The notes beneath the pieces were generated by a model. The model did not search any database. It was not told where the DNA came from and worked only from the letters and a program-made list of their open reading frames with translations. Position numbers and translations under genes: made by a program. Positions 1 to 9,647 of a stretch of 60,929 bases of DNA are shown in pieces. This DNA comes from Bdellovibrio sp. (lineage in GTDB: Bacteria > Bdellovibrionota > Bdellovibrionia > Bdellovibrionales > Bdellovibrionaceae): positions 1 to 60,929 of the forward strand of contig JBKCUU010000089.1 in the NCBI GenBank assembly GCA_046318155.1, read 5' to 3'. Numbering within the stretch: the first letter of the stretch is position 1; each line of letters begins with the position of its first letter.

Positions 1-1
1 G

Positions 2-967
2 CAAGTCATTGTGTTCTCGAACTTCAAAATGAACGTCGAGAAAATCGCGGCTTTTTTGACTTCAAACGGGTTGCCCGCGATGGGCATCTCAAGTTTGTTG
101 TCGCAAGCTCAGCGCAACCGCGTGATCGAGCAGTTTAAATCCGAGAACGAAAAAAACATTCTCGTTGCCACCGATGTCGCCGCTCGCGGCTTGGATATCA
201 AAGGCGTCGATATGGTGGTGAACTACGAATTGCCTCAAGATGCTGAGAGCTATGTTCATCGCATTGGTCGGACCGGCCGCGCCGGCACTGAGGGCCGCGC
301 GCTGTCACTTGTCAGCGATCGTGACGTGGATTCCTTGAAACGCATTGAAGATTACCTCAAACACAAAGTCGAGATGGCTTGGTTTGACGAAGTGGACTTG
401 ATCAAAGATTTCAAACCGTTCCCCCGCGATTCTTACGGTCGCCGCGATCACCGTGAAGGTGGCGGTCGTTCTGCTGGTGGTCCTCGTGACGAAGGTGGTC
501 GCCAGGATCGACCACGCCGTGAAGGCCAAGGCGCCGGAGGGCGTGGACCACGCCGTGAGGGCGGAGCTGACAATCGTGGGCCTCGTCGGGATGGACCTGG
601 GCAACAGGGTGGCGAGAAAAAACGTTTTGATCCTCGTGGGCCTAGGCCCGAAGGTGGACGTCCCGACAATCGCGGTCCTCGCGGACCTCGCCGTGAAGGC
701 GGACCTGATCATCGCGGTCCTCGAGGACCGCGCAGTGAACGCAGACCAGACAATCGCGGTCCCCGGCACGAAGGCGGACCACGACGTGAGGGACAACAAG
801 CCATTGGCAATCGGCCGAATGGTTCGCGTCCCAACTTGCACAGCAAGGGCCGCGCGGGCGCAGCAAAACCAGCTGGAAAGCCTGTCAGCGTGACTCAAAA
901 GGTTTCGGGATTCTTTAAAAAGCTTTTTGGGGCGAGCTCGGCTCAGCCACCCAAGAAAAATTCTTAA
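2..967 (+). CDS. DEAD-box RNA helicase, C-terminal part (5'-truncated by window), with long R/G/P-rich tail
   Basis: Helicase motifs V (ATDVAARGLDI) and VI (HRIGRTGRAG); frame is open to the window edge; tail of RREGG/DNRGPR repeats. Confidence 0.93.
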   Translation, partial: QVIVFSNFKMNVEKIAAFLTSNGLPAMGISSLLSQAQRNRVIEQFKSENEKNILVATDVAARGLDIKGVDMVVNYELPQDAESYVHRIGRTGRAGTEGRALSLVSDRDVDSLKRIEDYLKHKVEMAWFDEVDLIKDFKPFPRDSYGRRDHREGGGRSAGGPRDEGGRQDRPRREGQGAGGRGPRREGGADNRGPRRDGPGQQGGEKKRFDPRGPRPEGGRPDNRGPRGPRREGGPDHRGPRGPRSERRPDNRGPRHEGGPRREGQQAIGNRPNGSRPNLHSKGRAGAAKPAGKPVSVTQKVSGFFKKLFGASSAQPPKKNS

Positions 968-1502
968 TAAGCTGATTGCATTCGTTGATCGACTTTTCGA
1001 ACGTGGCTTGCTCATCCGAGCAGGTCACGATCACGACCGATTTTTTCTTCATAAACACCGCTTGGCGAAGCTGTAATTTTTTCTTGGGCTGGCGAACGTC
1101 GATGACGATCCCGCGTTGGCCATTTTGCGAGAACACGCGTGAACCCATCACATCCATCCCCAACACGCTGTAGTCCCGCATCCAGCGCTTGGCATAAGAC
1201 TCGAGCGACATCTCGGCTTTAAGGAAATCTGTCTTGAGGTGAGCCTGAGCCGAGAGGAAGTCGGCGTTTGAAAAACGCCACGAGCTATCCTCGTCACCCC
1301 GGCTCAAAGACTCATCAAGCTGCATCTTCCAATTTGTGCCCTTTAGGCCCAACTGAAAGCCTTTACGGGCTAAAAAAAGATTTTTTTCACTTGAGGTCAA
1401 GGCGGACGTCCCGATTCCGGGATGAGGAGAAGCATAAGCCGTTGATATCAGCAAGCTTATGAAGAACAGCGTTTTAGTATAAGTCAAAACTTGCTTTGGC
1501 AT
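915..1502 (-). CDS. Secreted hypothetical protein, possibly DcrB/PsbP-like fold
   Basis: 195 aa ORF with signal peptide (..LLISTAYA-S); C-terminal pattern (LRQAVFMKKKSVVIVTC..FE..C..LIKNFSW) resembles PsbP/DcrB-type proteins by eye. Confidence 0.65.
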   Translation of the reverse strand: MPKQVLTYTKTLFFISLLISTAYASPHPGIGTSALTSSEKNLFLARKGFQLGLKGTNWKMQLDESLSRGDEDSSWRFSNADFLSAQAHLKTDFLKAEMSLESYAKRWMRDYSVLGMDVMGSRVFSQNGQRGIVIDVRQPKKKLQLRQAVFMKKKSVVIVTCSDEQATFEKSINECNQLIKNFSWVAEPSSPQKAF

Positions 1503-1582
1503 ACACTCTTTTCATTTTACTTTCAGGGGGTTGCCCGCCTAAGTTGCCCCCGTATTCATACCTCTGGGAGGGGGCTCATACC

Positions 1583-4500
1583 ATGGTAACTCTTTTTCGA
1601 ATCCAGAAACAAGGACTCATCGGTTTCACTCTACTGATTGCCTTCACACTGGGACTTTCTGCATGTGAAAACAAACAGACGAGCGACAAGGCGGTCGATC
1701 AATCAAACGTTTCGGGAGAAGAACTTTTCTCGAACCGCCCGGTCGCGTTCAACAGTTTTTACGCTGTTGTAAAGCTCAAAACCGCCCCTCTCTTTGACAC
1801 AGCTGAGACGAAAAACGGAAAAGCCATTGTCACTCCCGCGCAATTAAAGGTGGTGGATGACGAGCAAGCCGCGTTTTTAGCGGACGTGGCTAAAATCTCT
1901 CCCGAGATCAAAGTCGTTTACAAATACCGCTTTGTCTTGAATGGTTTTGCACTGACAGGACCGACCTCGGCGCTTGAAAAGCTCAAGTCAATCGGTTTGG
2001 TTGCCAGTGTTGAAACTGATGGCGGCTTTAAACGCCCTCTCCCGATGTCGACCGGCCAAAAAGCCGCGCTTGCGAACACATGGAAAGAGCGCAACTCGGC
2101 AAAGTTTATCGGTGCTGAAAACTTGCACGCGCGCAGCCTTCCCAATGCCCGCGGCGAGATCGTTCCTTTGAATGGAACGGGTATGACCGTTGCCGTTATA
2201 GATACCGGCATCGACTACACCCACGCCATGTTGGGTGGTTCAGGTTCGGCTGAAGACTTTAAAGCGATCAACCCCTCAGCACCTTCGGCCGCTTACCCCA
2301 ATAAAAAAGTGGTCGGCGGTATTGATCTCGTTGGAACCGAGTACAACGCGGCTTCAATTGATTTTGCAAAACACCTCCCAAAGCCTGATGCGAACCCTTT
2401 GGATGAAGGCGGGCACGGGACTCACGTTGCGGGCACCATTGCAGGTCTTGGTGATGGCGTTGAAACGTACTCGGGCGTCGCTCCTGGTGCTTCTTTGTAT
2501 GCGGTTAAAGTTTTTGGAGCGGATGGCGCGACAAGTGATTCGGTTGTCATCGCGGGTCTTGAGTTTTCGGCTGATCCCAATGGCGATGGTAACCCCGATG
2601 ACCTCATTGACGTTGTGAATATGTCGCTGGGGAGCTCCTTTGGTAACGCGAAAATCCTCTACAACGAAGCCATCGCAAACTTATCACGTGGCGGGACCGT
2701 GGTTGTCGCCTCTGCCGGCAACTCAGGCGATGTTGACTACATCACAGGTGCACCTGGGATTTCGGACGAAGCCATTTCAGTCGCGGCCTCCGTCGACAAT
2801 ACGGATCACAACTGGCAAGCCCGCGCGGTCAAATTTGTTTTGCCCACACTGGGTGCTCGCCTTTCTGAGGCTGTTGAAGCAGCCATTGCAAAACCAATCG
2901 ATGAAGCCGGCCCTGTTCAGGGTGCCTTGGTTTTTGCCGGTTTTGCAGACAAAGACTTCTCGGACGAGCTCAAAGCTCAGCTCAAAGGTAAAGTCGCGTT
3001 GATGGACCGCGGATTGGTCGCGTTCTCTGAAAAAATCCGCCGAGCTCAAGAGGCCGGTGCCATTGGAGCGATTGTTGCCAATAATGCTCCCGGTGCTGCG
3101 TTCACAATGGGTGGTGACGGGACATTCGATATCCCTGCTGTGATGGTCACCCAAGAGCTGGGCGTGGTTTTGAAATCTGAAATCACGAAAGGTGAGACGC
3201 GGATCGAATTTCAAACGAGCGAAAAGATTTTGAAACCCGAGTTGATCGACACGATCACCGATTTCTCGTCAAAAGGTCCTCGTTCAGAGGATTCTTTGAT
3301 CAAGCCTGAGATTTCGTCTCCTGGAGACAACATCATCTCGGCAGAAATGGGCGGCGGTCGTGCTGGCGTTAAAATGTCGGGAACATCCATGGCCGGCCCT
3401 CACATTGCGGGAGCGATGGCTTTACTGAAGCAAGCTCACCCTACGCTCTCGGTTTCAGATCTAAAAGGTTTGCTGTTGAACCGTGCGAAGACAATCACAG
3501 ACAGCAAAAAAGTCGTCTACCCCATTAGCCGTCAAGGGTCGGGCCGCGTTCAAATCGACGAGTCTGTTGATGCCAAAACGATTGTTCAGCCTTCGACTTT
3601 GTCGTTGGGTGAAGTTGCGATCGAATCTCGCAAAACGATGAAGCGTACGATTACTGTGCGCAACATCTCGAAAGAAGTCTTGAACCTGACGGTTTCTTTG
3701 GTCAACCGCGGTGAGGGCCTTAAATTGCGATCGGTACCTGCATTCGCTTTGGCTGCGGGCGAAGAGAAGTCCGTTTCTTTAAGCTTGTTGCTGGACGCTT
3801 CTAACATGACTGAACTCGTTCGCGAAATGGACGGTTGGGTGACCTTGAGTGAAGGTCAAAACGAAATCGCGCGTGTGCCTGTGTTGGCAGTTGCTCGAAA
3901 AATTTCGAGCATCCAAGCCTCTAACTTGGTGATTGAGTCTAGCGCTGCTGATTCAATCGGTGCAGCAGGTTCGGTCACTTTGACAAACTCGGGTAAAAAC
4001 TCAGGGAGTGCAATGCTCTTTAACTTGCTCGCACAAGATGCACGCAAAATCGACCCTCGCCACGACCGCTTTGCGAGCAAAGGTTGTGATCTTCAGAGCG
4101 TCGGCTACCGTATCGTTGAAAAAATGGTCGACGGCAAAAAACTCAAGGCTCTGCAAGTTGCTGCTAAAGTTTATGAGCCCCTCACTCAGTGGAACATGTG
4201 TGAGCTGACGGTCTTGATCGACAGCAATGGTGATCAAGAGCCCGAGCAAGAGTTGGCCGCCATCAACTTGGGCAATGTCCCTGGTCTTTCGACGCCTGCA
4301 ACCGAGCGCCAATTTGCGAGCGTGTTGTTTGATGCGGCGGCTGTTCGTCAATTGCGACGAAAGTTCGAAGCGGACTCAGTTGTCCCCGATCAGAAAAAGG
4401 GAGAAGAGAATTACTCCACTGCAGTTGTGAGTTCATTGCCCCTGACGCCTTTGGATCATTCGACCATCATGATTGTTGAAGTCGATGCCTCGCTCTTAGC

Positions 4501-4837
4501 TCGTCGTCCCACCGGCGAGCTCGCGATCAAAGTTGCGACTCAAGAATTTTCGGGCTCGTCGGTTGAATCCGATGACTTCTTGGCGAACGGCACTCAAAGC
4601 TGGTTGCCCCTTTCGCTCCACGAAGCGGCGCAGTCTTTTGCTGGACTCCCCGGGAAAGTTACGGTGAAAGCAGGAACGACGACACTTGTCGAACTTGAAA
4701 AAGGTTACGGCCAGTCACCTTTGATGGTTCTGCTCCCCAATAACTTGACCGTGTTTTCAGACTTGCTTGAAGACTCTCAAGCCGTGCTTTTGACACCGAA
4801 GTTTGAAGTGCCTCGAGATCCGTCGGTCCGCCCTTAA
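1583..4837 (+). CDS. S8 subtilisin-like serine protease with PA domain (Vpr-like), lipoprotein
   Basis: Triad motifs IDTGID, HGTHVAG, GTSMAGPH; PA insert (KGKVALMDRG..FSEK..AQEAGA); lipobox LSAC; ATG 1583 after GGGAGG. Confidence 0.93.
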   Translation: MVTLFRIQKQGLIGFTLLIAFTLGLSACENKQTSDKAVDQSNVSGEELFSNRPVAFNSFYAVVKLKTAPLFDTAETKNGKAIVTPAQLKVVDDEQAAFLADVAKISPEIKVVYKYRFVLNGFALTGPTSALEKLKSIGLVASVETDGGFKRPLPMSTGQKAALANTWKERNSAKFIGAENLHARSLPNARGEIVPLNGTGMTVAVIDTGIDYTHAMLGGSGSAEDFKAINPSAPSAAYPNKKVVGGIDLVGTEYNAASIDFAKHLPKPDANPLDEGGHGTHVAGTIAGLGDGVETYSGVAPGASLYAVKVFGADGATSDSVVIAGLEFSADPNGDGNPDDLIDVVNMSLGSSFGNAKILYNEAIANLSRGGTVVVASAGNSGDVDYITGAPGISDEAISVAASVDNTDHNWQARAVKFVLPTLGARLSEAVEAAIAKPIDEAGPVQGALVFAGFADKDFSDELKAQLKGKVALMDRGLVAFSEKIRRAQEAGAIGAIVANNAPGAAFTMGGDGTFDIPAVMVTQELGVVLKSEITKGETRIEFQTSEKILKPELIDTITDFSSKGPRSEDSLIKPEISSPGDNIISAEMGGGRAGVKMSGTSMAGPHIAGAMALLKQAHPTLSVSDLKGLLLNRAKTITDSKKVVYPISRQGSGRVQIDESVDAKTIVQPSTLSLGEVAIESRKTMKRTITVRNISKEVLNLTVSLVNRGEGLKLRSVPAFALAAGEEKSVSLSLLLDASNMTELVREMDGWVTLSEGQNEIARVPVLAVARKISSIQASNLVIESSAADSIGAAGSVTLTNSGKNSGSAMLFNLLAQDARKIDPRHDRFASKGCDLQSVGYRIVEKMVDGKKLKALQVAAKVYEPLTQWNMCELTVLIDSNGDQEPEQELAAINLGNVPGLSTPATERQFASVLFDAAAVRQLRRKFEADSVVPDQKKGEENYSTAVVSSLPLTPLDHSTIMIVEVDASLLARRPTGELAIKVATQEFSGSSVESDDFLANGTQSWLPLSLHEAAQSFAGLPGKVTVKAGTTTLVELEKGYGQSPLMVLLPNNLTVFSDLLEDSQAVLLTPKFEVPRDPSVRP

Positions 4838-5910
4838 TTTGCAGGGGCTTTGGCCCGACGTGTCTGATCGAGGGGTGTGCAAATCTCTGGTAGGCTGGGG
4901 AACTCGCGTAAGAACAGCTGCGAGTTGCCCCCGGTCTCAAAAGTCATGACCAGTCGGTCTAGATCCTTGTTCACGCTTAAGTCTTTAACGTTGCCGCCGC
5001 TCTCAGAAATAAGAGCGGCGTGGCATTTTTTTTCTGGGTTAAGGATCCAGCCCGACAAATTCTCGTTCGCCGATTTTTTTGCACTCAAAATCAAAATTGG
5101 TTTTTTGAAGTGCCCCATGGCCCATTCTAAACTTTGAATCTCGGTAAAAGGAATGTCGAGGCTTTGAATTTTGCCGTCCATCTTAAGGCCCAACATGATG
5201 CCGCCGCCGGCTTTATGAATAACCCAGGCCACGCGCGTGGTGCTCGCATCGACCGTCGGAAGCCTCAGAGAGGCCACTTGGTCAGCGCCCCAATTTGAAG
5301 TTTGAGCTCCCTTGGTGGTCAATCTGTCGATCTGAGTTTTGCCTGCATGCTCGCTGACATACATCACTTGATTCGCGCCGACCCAAGACATTTCGGATTG
5401 GTATCCAGGCGCATGAGTGAGGCGTTGAATCTGTGAGCCTTTGCGATCAGTCAGGTAGATTTCGGTGGGAGGAAGAGTTCCGATTTTCTGATTGAGAAGT
5501 CGGGGGCGTTCTTTGAGTTCGTCCGTCGTTGACGAATAAATCAATTGCTCGCCTGTCGGTGAATAGTCAACGTCATGGCAGTCGCCATCGTGAAACGTAA
5601 TTCTTTTTTCTCGAAACGTCGACAGACTCATCTCGTAAACTTGCACATGCTTGTGTGCATCTCGCGCACCAGAAAGATAGATCAGTGTTTTTCCGTCCGG
5701 AGAAAAGTGAGCTTTTTGATTGGTTCCGATCGAGGTTAAACGTAGTCCCGCCCCTGTGTGCGCGGCCTGTAAAGAAGCGTCTTCAGAAATCTTATTTTTT
5801 GTCGAGGACGAGCCCCCGCAAGCCAGCAAGCTCAAGAGGACAAGTGCGAGAGCACCTTTTTGAGCAAGATCGAGGGATTGATCGAAGAGAGAGCGTCGAC
5901 TTCGCACCAT
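4834..5910 (-). CDS. TolB-like beta-propeller (PD40) lipoprotein
   Basis: FSPDGKTLIY, YSPTGEQLIY, RLT repeats; lipobox LLAC; start uncertain. Confidence 0.8.
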   Translation of the reverse strand: MVRSRRSLFDQSLDLAQKGALALVLLSLLACGGSSSTKNKISEDASLQAAHTGAGLRLTSIGTNQKAHFSPDGKTLIYLSGARDAHKHVQVYEMSLSTFREKRITFHDGDCHDVDYSPTGEQLIYSSTTDELKERPRLLNQKIGTLPPTEIYLTDRKGSQIQRLTHAPGYQSEMSWVGANQVMYVSEHAGKTQIDRLTTKGAQTSNWGADQVASLRLPTVDASTTRVAWVIHKAGGGIMLGLKMDGKIQSLDIPFTEIQSLEWAMGHFKKPILILSAKKSANENLSGWILNPEKKCHAALISESGGNVKDLSVNKDLDRLVMTFETGGNSQLFLREFPSLPEICTPLDQTRRAKAPAN

Positions 5911-6845
5911 TGCACACCTTTTAACAAATCTTTTTTCTTAAGTTTGATCTGAATGTAGATGTCATGATGAGTGATCCCATGCTTGAGATCAAACGTTTCG
6001 GGTTTCTTTTTAAGTTGTTTGATTTTTCCCGGAAAAACCCACTGGCCTTTGAGGAAGGGCATTTGGGGATTCTGGACCAAAGCCACGCGATTTTTGCGCA
6101 TGACAATTTCTGGTTGCCAGAGCCAAATTTCTCCTTGAGTGCGTGGTTTTTTTAGAGGCAGAGTTAGGTGCGTGTTGGCCTTAAGCGAAACGCACAAAGA
6201 CTTCCAAGGACAGAGTAAACAAGTGGGATTGTGGTTGGTGCAAACGGTGGCGCCAAGTTCCATCATGGCTTGATTCAAATTCGAGGGCTTCTCAACTTGT
6301 GCCAGTTCATCGGCCAAGACTTGCAGCACCTGACGGCCCGCGGGTTTCCAATGTTCAGTGGCAAGTCCCGCCACGCGTGAAAGAATTCGAATGACGTTGC
6401 CATCGAGCACGCCGACTTTTTCTTCAAAGGCGATCGATGCAACAGCTCGTGAAGTGTACGGACCCAAGCCGGGAAACTCAGTCAGCTCGGCCGCCGTTTT
6501 CGGAAATCCTTTTTCGGCAAAAAGCTGAGCAGCTTTGTGCAAGTTACGGGCACGCGAGTAGTACCCAAGGCCCGACCAATGCTCGAGGACTTCTTCCAGC
6601 GACGCTGCGGCCAAAGCTTGGACGCTCGGAAAGGATTTAAGAAAGCGCTCGTAGTAAGGAATCACGGCCTGAACGGTGGTTTGCTGAAGCATGATTTCAG
6701 AGATCCAGATTCGGTAGGGATCCTGCGACGCTCTCCAGGGCAGGGGGCGGCGATTCTCTTGGTACCAAGAGGTCAGGGCGTCTGACATCAACGCAGTGTC
6801 AAAGGGCCTTCCCTGGTTGCTTCCGGGACGCTTCACTGATTTCAT
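5832..6845 (-). CDS. mutY: A/G-specific adenine glycosylase MutY
   Basis: RPLPWR..DPYRIWISEIMLQQT, WSGLGYYSRARNL, HhH PGLGPYT, Fe-S motif CX6CX2CX5C. Confidence 0.95.
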   Translation of the reverse strand: MKSVKRPGSNQGRPFDTALMSDALTSWYQENRRPLPWRASQDPYRIWISEIMLQQTTVQAVIPYYERFLKSFPSVQALAAASLEEVLEHWSGLGYYSRARNLHKAAQLFAEKGFPKTAAELTEFPGLGPYTSRAVASIAFEEKVGVLDGNVIRILSRVAGLATEHWKPAGRQVLQVLADELAQVEKPSNLNQAMMELGATVCTNHNPTCLLCPWKSLCVSLKANTHLTLPLKKPRTQGEIWLWQPEIVMRKNRVALVQNPQMPFLKGQWVFPGKIKQLKKKPETFDLKHGITHHDIYIQIKLKKKDLLKGVQWCEVDALSSINPSILLKKVLSHLSS

Positions 6846-6874
6846 AAGAGCGATTTACACGAAAAGGCGGATGT

Positions 6875-7816
6875 ATGGAATACAAACCCATCAGTGGACG
6901 CGAGTTTCCTCGATTTTCGGGGATCAAGACTTTTTTCAGATTGCCGTACGTCAATGTGGATGCGGACTACGACGTTGCTCTTTACGGCATCCCTTATGAT
7001 GGCGGCGTGTCTTACCGCCCGGGTCCTCGTTTTGCGCCGTCGGCCGTTCGTGAGATGTCCAGCCTAGGGCGTGGTTTTCACATGGAACGCGGTTATTCGA
7101 TTTTTGATAAACTCAAGTTCGCCGATGTTGGGGATTCGCCGACCGTGCCGATTGACCAAATTCAAACCTATCAGCGCATCGAGGCTTTTGTGGGCGAGCT
7201 TGCGCGCCATCATAAAAAAATGATCGGTGTGGGTGGGGATCACTCCACAACACTCCCGATTCTGCGCACACTGCGCAAGCAGTACGGAAAAAAATTAGGC
7301 TTCATTCACTTTGATGCCCACTTGGACACTTATCCTGCCGCCTGGGGCTGTGAGTACCATCACGGCGCTTTTGCTCGCCATGCCGTTGATGAGGGCCTTG
7401 TCGATCCCGCCCACATGATTCAGATCGGAATCCGTGGTCCTCTGGCTGGCGGTGATGATTTGGATTTTATCAAAAAAAATAAGATCCGTGTTTACACGGT
7501 TGATCATATCCGCAATGGTTCGCTCAATGATTTTCTGGGCAGCTTGCCGAAGTTTGGCGAGATCCCGACGTACATCAGCTTTGACGTTGATTGCCTTGAT
7601 CCCGCTTACGCACCTGGTACCGGTACGCCGGTCATCGGCGGATTGACGACGTATGAAACTCAGCGAATTTTGCGTTCTTTAGAAGTTCAAAACTTTATCG
7701 GCGGAGACATCGTCGAAATTTCGCCGCCATTCGATCACGCCGGAATCACGTCCCTCGCGGGCGTCGACGTGATGTTCGAGATGATGTCATTGATGGTCAA
7801 GTCGCACGCCAAGTGA
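6875..7816 (+). CDS. speB: Agmatinase (ureohydrolase family)
   Basis: GGDHS, DAHLD, SFDVDCLDP and PGTGTP motifs. Confidence 0.9.
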   Translation: MEYKPISGREFPRFSGIKTFFRLPYVNVDADYDVALYGIPYDGGVSYRPGPRFAPSAVREMSSLGRGFHMERGYSIFDKLKFADVGDSPTVPIDQIQTYQRIEAFVGELARHHKKMIGVGGDHSTTLPILRTLRKQYGKKLGFIHFDAHLDTYPAAWGCEYHHGAFARHAVDEGLVDPAHMIQIGIRGPLAGGDDLDFIKKNKIRVYTVDHIRNGSLNDFLGSLPKFGEIPTYISFDVDCLDPAYAPGTGTPVIGGLTTYETQRILRSLEVQNFIGGDIVEISPPFDHAGITSLAGVDVMFEMMSLMVKSHAK

Positions 7817-7886
7817 GTTTCGATGGCCGCGGGACAGTCGTGGCAGACTAAAACTGTTGGGCTTTGAGGCGCTTCAAACTGGACTT

Positions 7887-7899
7887 CCCCCCCCCCCCC
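7887..7899 (+). repeat. C13 homopolymer followed by A7, ~50 bp upstream of a small secreted-protein gene
   Basis: Directly visible: ggactt-C13-tc-A7. Confidence 0.95.
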
Positions 7900-7950
7900 T
7901 CAAAAAAAGTTAGAGTGATCAAGAATGTGTCATTAATCGAGGGAGAGGCC

Positions 7951-8229
7951 ATGAAACAGACGCTTGTGATTTTTTTGTTATTTTCAATTTCCTTAAGTGC
8001 GAATGCATCCGAAAAGAGAAAGCCCACTTCAACCGGTCGTTACATTCAACTGATGGGTGCTTGTGATTTGACTGATCCTGGCAAGACGAAAGAATTTTTG
8101 CCAGACCTTGAATCTGCGCTCACCAGTGGATTTCGACTTGTTTCTGTTGTGAAACTTGATCGAGAGCGTTCGCCTGAGGGCGGCGGACAATACCAAGCAA
8201 ATACTTGCAGCTTCTTTTTAACAAAATAA
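7951..8229 (+). CDS. Small secreted hypothetical protein (92 aa)
   Basis: GAGGGAG SD before ATG 7951; signal peptide ending ANA-S; two Cys. Confidence 0.7.
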   Translation: MKQTLVIFLLFSISLSANASEKRKPTSTGRYIQLMGACDLTDPGKTKEFLPDLESALTSGFRLVSVVKLDRERSPEGGGQYQANTCSFFLTK

Positions 8230-8479
8230 ATTCATATCCAAGTTTACTATCTTTGATAGATTACCTTAGGTTTCGATCAGTAAACCACTTGTTCCTCGAT
8301 CGGTCAGAGGTCTGATTTGCGCCGATTTCCCAACTTGAGTTCTGTCTAGTGAACCTGTGAGCTGACCTGGGTCTGTCTCTACAATTTCATTTCATTTAAT
8401 TTCACCCGCGACGTTCATAAAACGCCGCGTCGGTCGGATGAAGTTCGACTTTCATTTGAAGTCAGAGCTTTCGATGGCG

Positions 8480-9628
8480 TTAAGCCGCGGCCAGCAATTT
8501 GTGGCCGCACTCATGGCAAAACTTGGCTTGCAATGCGACTTCAACAGAGCATGAAGGGCAGGTGGGTGCGCCGACTTTTTTCTTGGGCTTGTCGTCTTCT
8601 GTTAAATCGACAAAGCCTTTTTCGTTCCACTTTTCGATCTCGCGCAGCACCTTCCAGATTTTAGCCGTCGTCTGAAACTCTTTGATTTCAAAAGAGACCC
8701 AGGCGGTCCCGTCTTGACGGGGGCCACGTTTCATGAAGATGCCCTTGGCTTCGAGGCGAGCAAAGTGGTCATTGTTTAACGTCACATTGAGATTGTTTTT
8801 AAAGGCTTCAAGGACCTTCGAGTATTCAACTGAAACTTGGCCGTAACGGTCTCTCTCGAGGCCTTCACCGATCTTGACAAACTCTTGCAAAAAGTTTGTC
8901 GCGATTTCGTCGGACTTGAGCAGGTCGGTTTTGCCGCCCTTGTAATAGTAGTACTGAAAGAATTCAAAAAAAGCTTCGACCGCAGCCAAATCCAAAATCG
9001 CCACACGCATGATGACGTCAGGGCCTTCGGGATCTTCGGGTGGTTTACCCATTTCATATTTGGCTAAACCAAGCTTCACCAACACGTTGGTGGCCTGCTC
9101 GAGGCGCTTGAGCGACTCGCCGAACACGCGCTGTGAGTACTGACGATAAAAAGTCCACTCAAGAGAGGTTGAATTGGGATTCTTGGCGTCCTTGTCACCT
9201 TTGTATCTGGCCGTGTGGTAAATCGTACCGAAGACTTTTGCGACTTGGTCTTCAGGGCATGGGCTCGAATCTTTTTCCATGCGCCCGGCACGGACGTCCA
9301 CAAGCGCCTGTTTCATTCGATCAGTCAGAGATTTCAGAACAACTTTAATGATTTGAGCCGCGCCGTCAACTTGCGCTCTGTACAGTTCGCCAGGAAGCTC
9401 GACCACCTTCGTCTCAGAAGTTGCCATGGCCGAATAGGTGTAGGTTCCACCGACCAAAGCTTGCTCGCCCACAATTTGCCCAGCACCAACTGTGGCAAGT
9501 TCGATGTTTTTTTTAGGTCTGATTATGCACAGTTGGAGTGCGCCCGATTGGATCAAGATGAGTGAGGTGACTTTGTCGCCTTCCTTGAACAAATACTCGC
9601 CTTTTGCGACGACCTTAACATTCGACAT
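8480..9628 (-). CDS. Cyclic-nucleotide-binding (CAP/Crp-like) domain protein with C-terminal double-CxxC zinc ribbon
   Basis: N-terminal GEYLFKEGD..LILIQSG..GQIVGEQAL; C-terminal CPSC..KFCHECG; GGAGG SD before ATG 9628. Confidence 0.85.
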   Translation of the reverse strand: MSNVKVVAKGEYLFKEGDKVTSLILIQSGALQLCIIRPKKNIELATVGAGQIVGEQALVGGTYTYSAMATSETKVVELPGELYRAQVDGAAQIIKVVLKSLTDRMKQALVDVRAGRMEKDSSPCPEDQVAKVFGTIYHTARYKGDKDAKNPNSTSLEWTFYRQYSQRVFGESLKRLEQATNVLVKLGLAKYEMGKPPEDPEGPDVIMRVAILDLAAVEAFFEFFQYYYYKGGKTDLLKSDEIATNFLQEFVKIGEGLERDRYGQVSVEYSKVLEAFKNNLNVTLNNDHFARLEAKGIFMKRGPRQDGTAWVSFEIKEFQTTAKIWKVLREIEKWNEKGFVDLTEDDKPKKKVGAPTCPSCSVEVALQAKFCHECGHKLLAAA

Positions 9629-9647
9629 GCAAGTCCTCCGACCCATT

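Noticed and set aside
305..1015. Long alternative-frame ORFs (305-1015 minus, 453-893 plus) over the helicase tail
   Set aside because: Shadow frames produced by GC-rich repetitive coding sequence; no independent gene features
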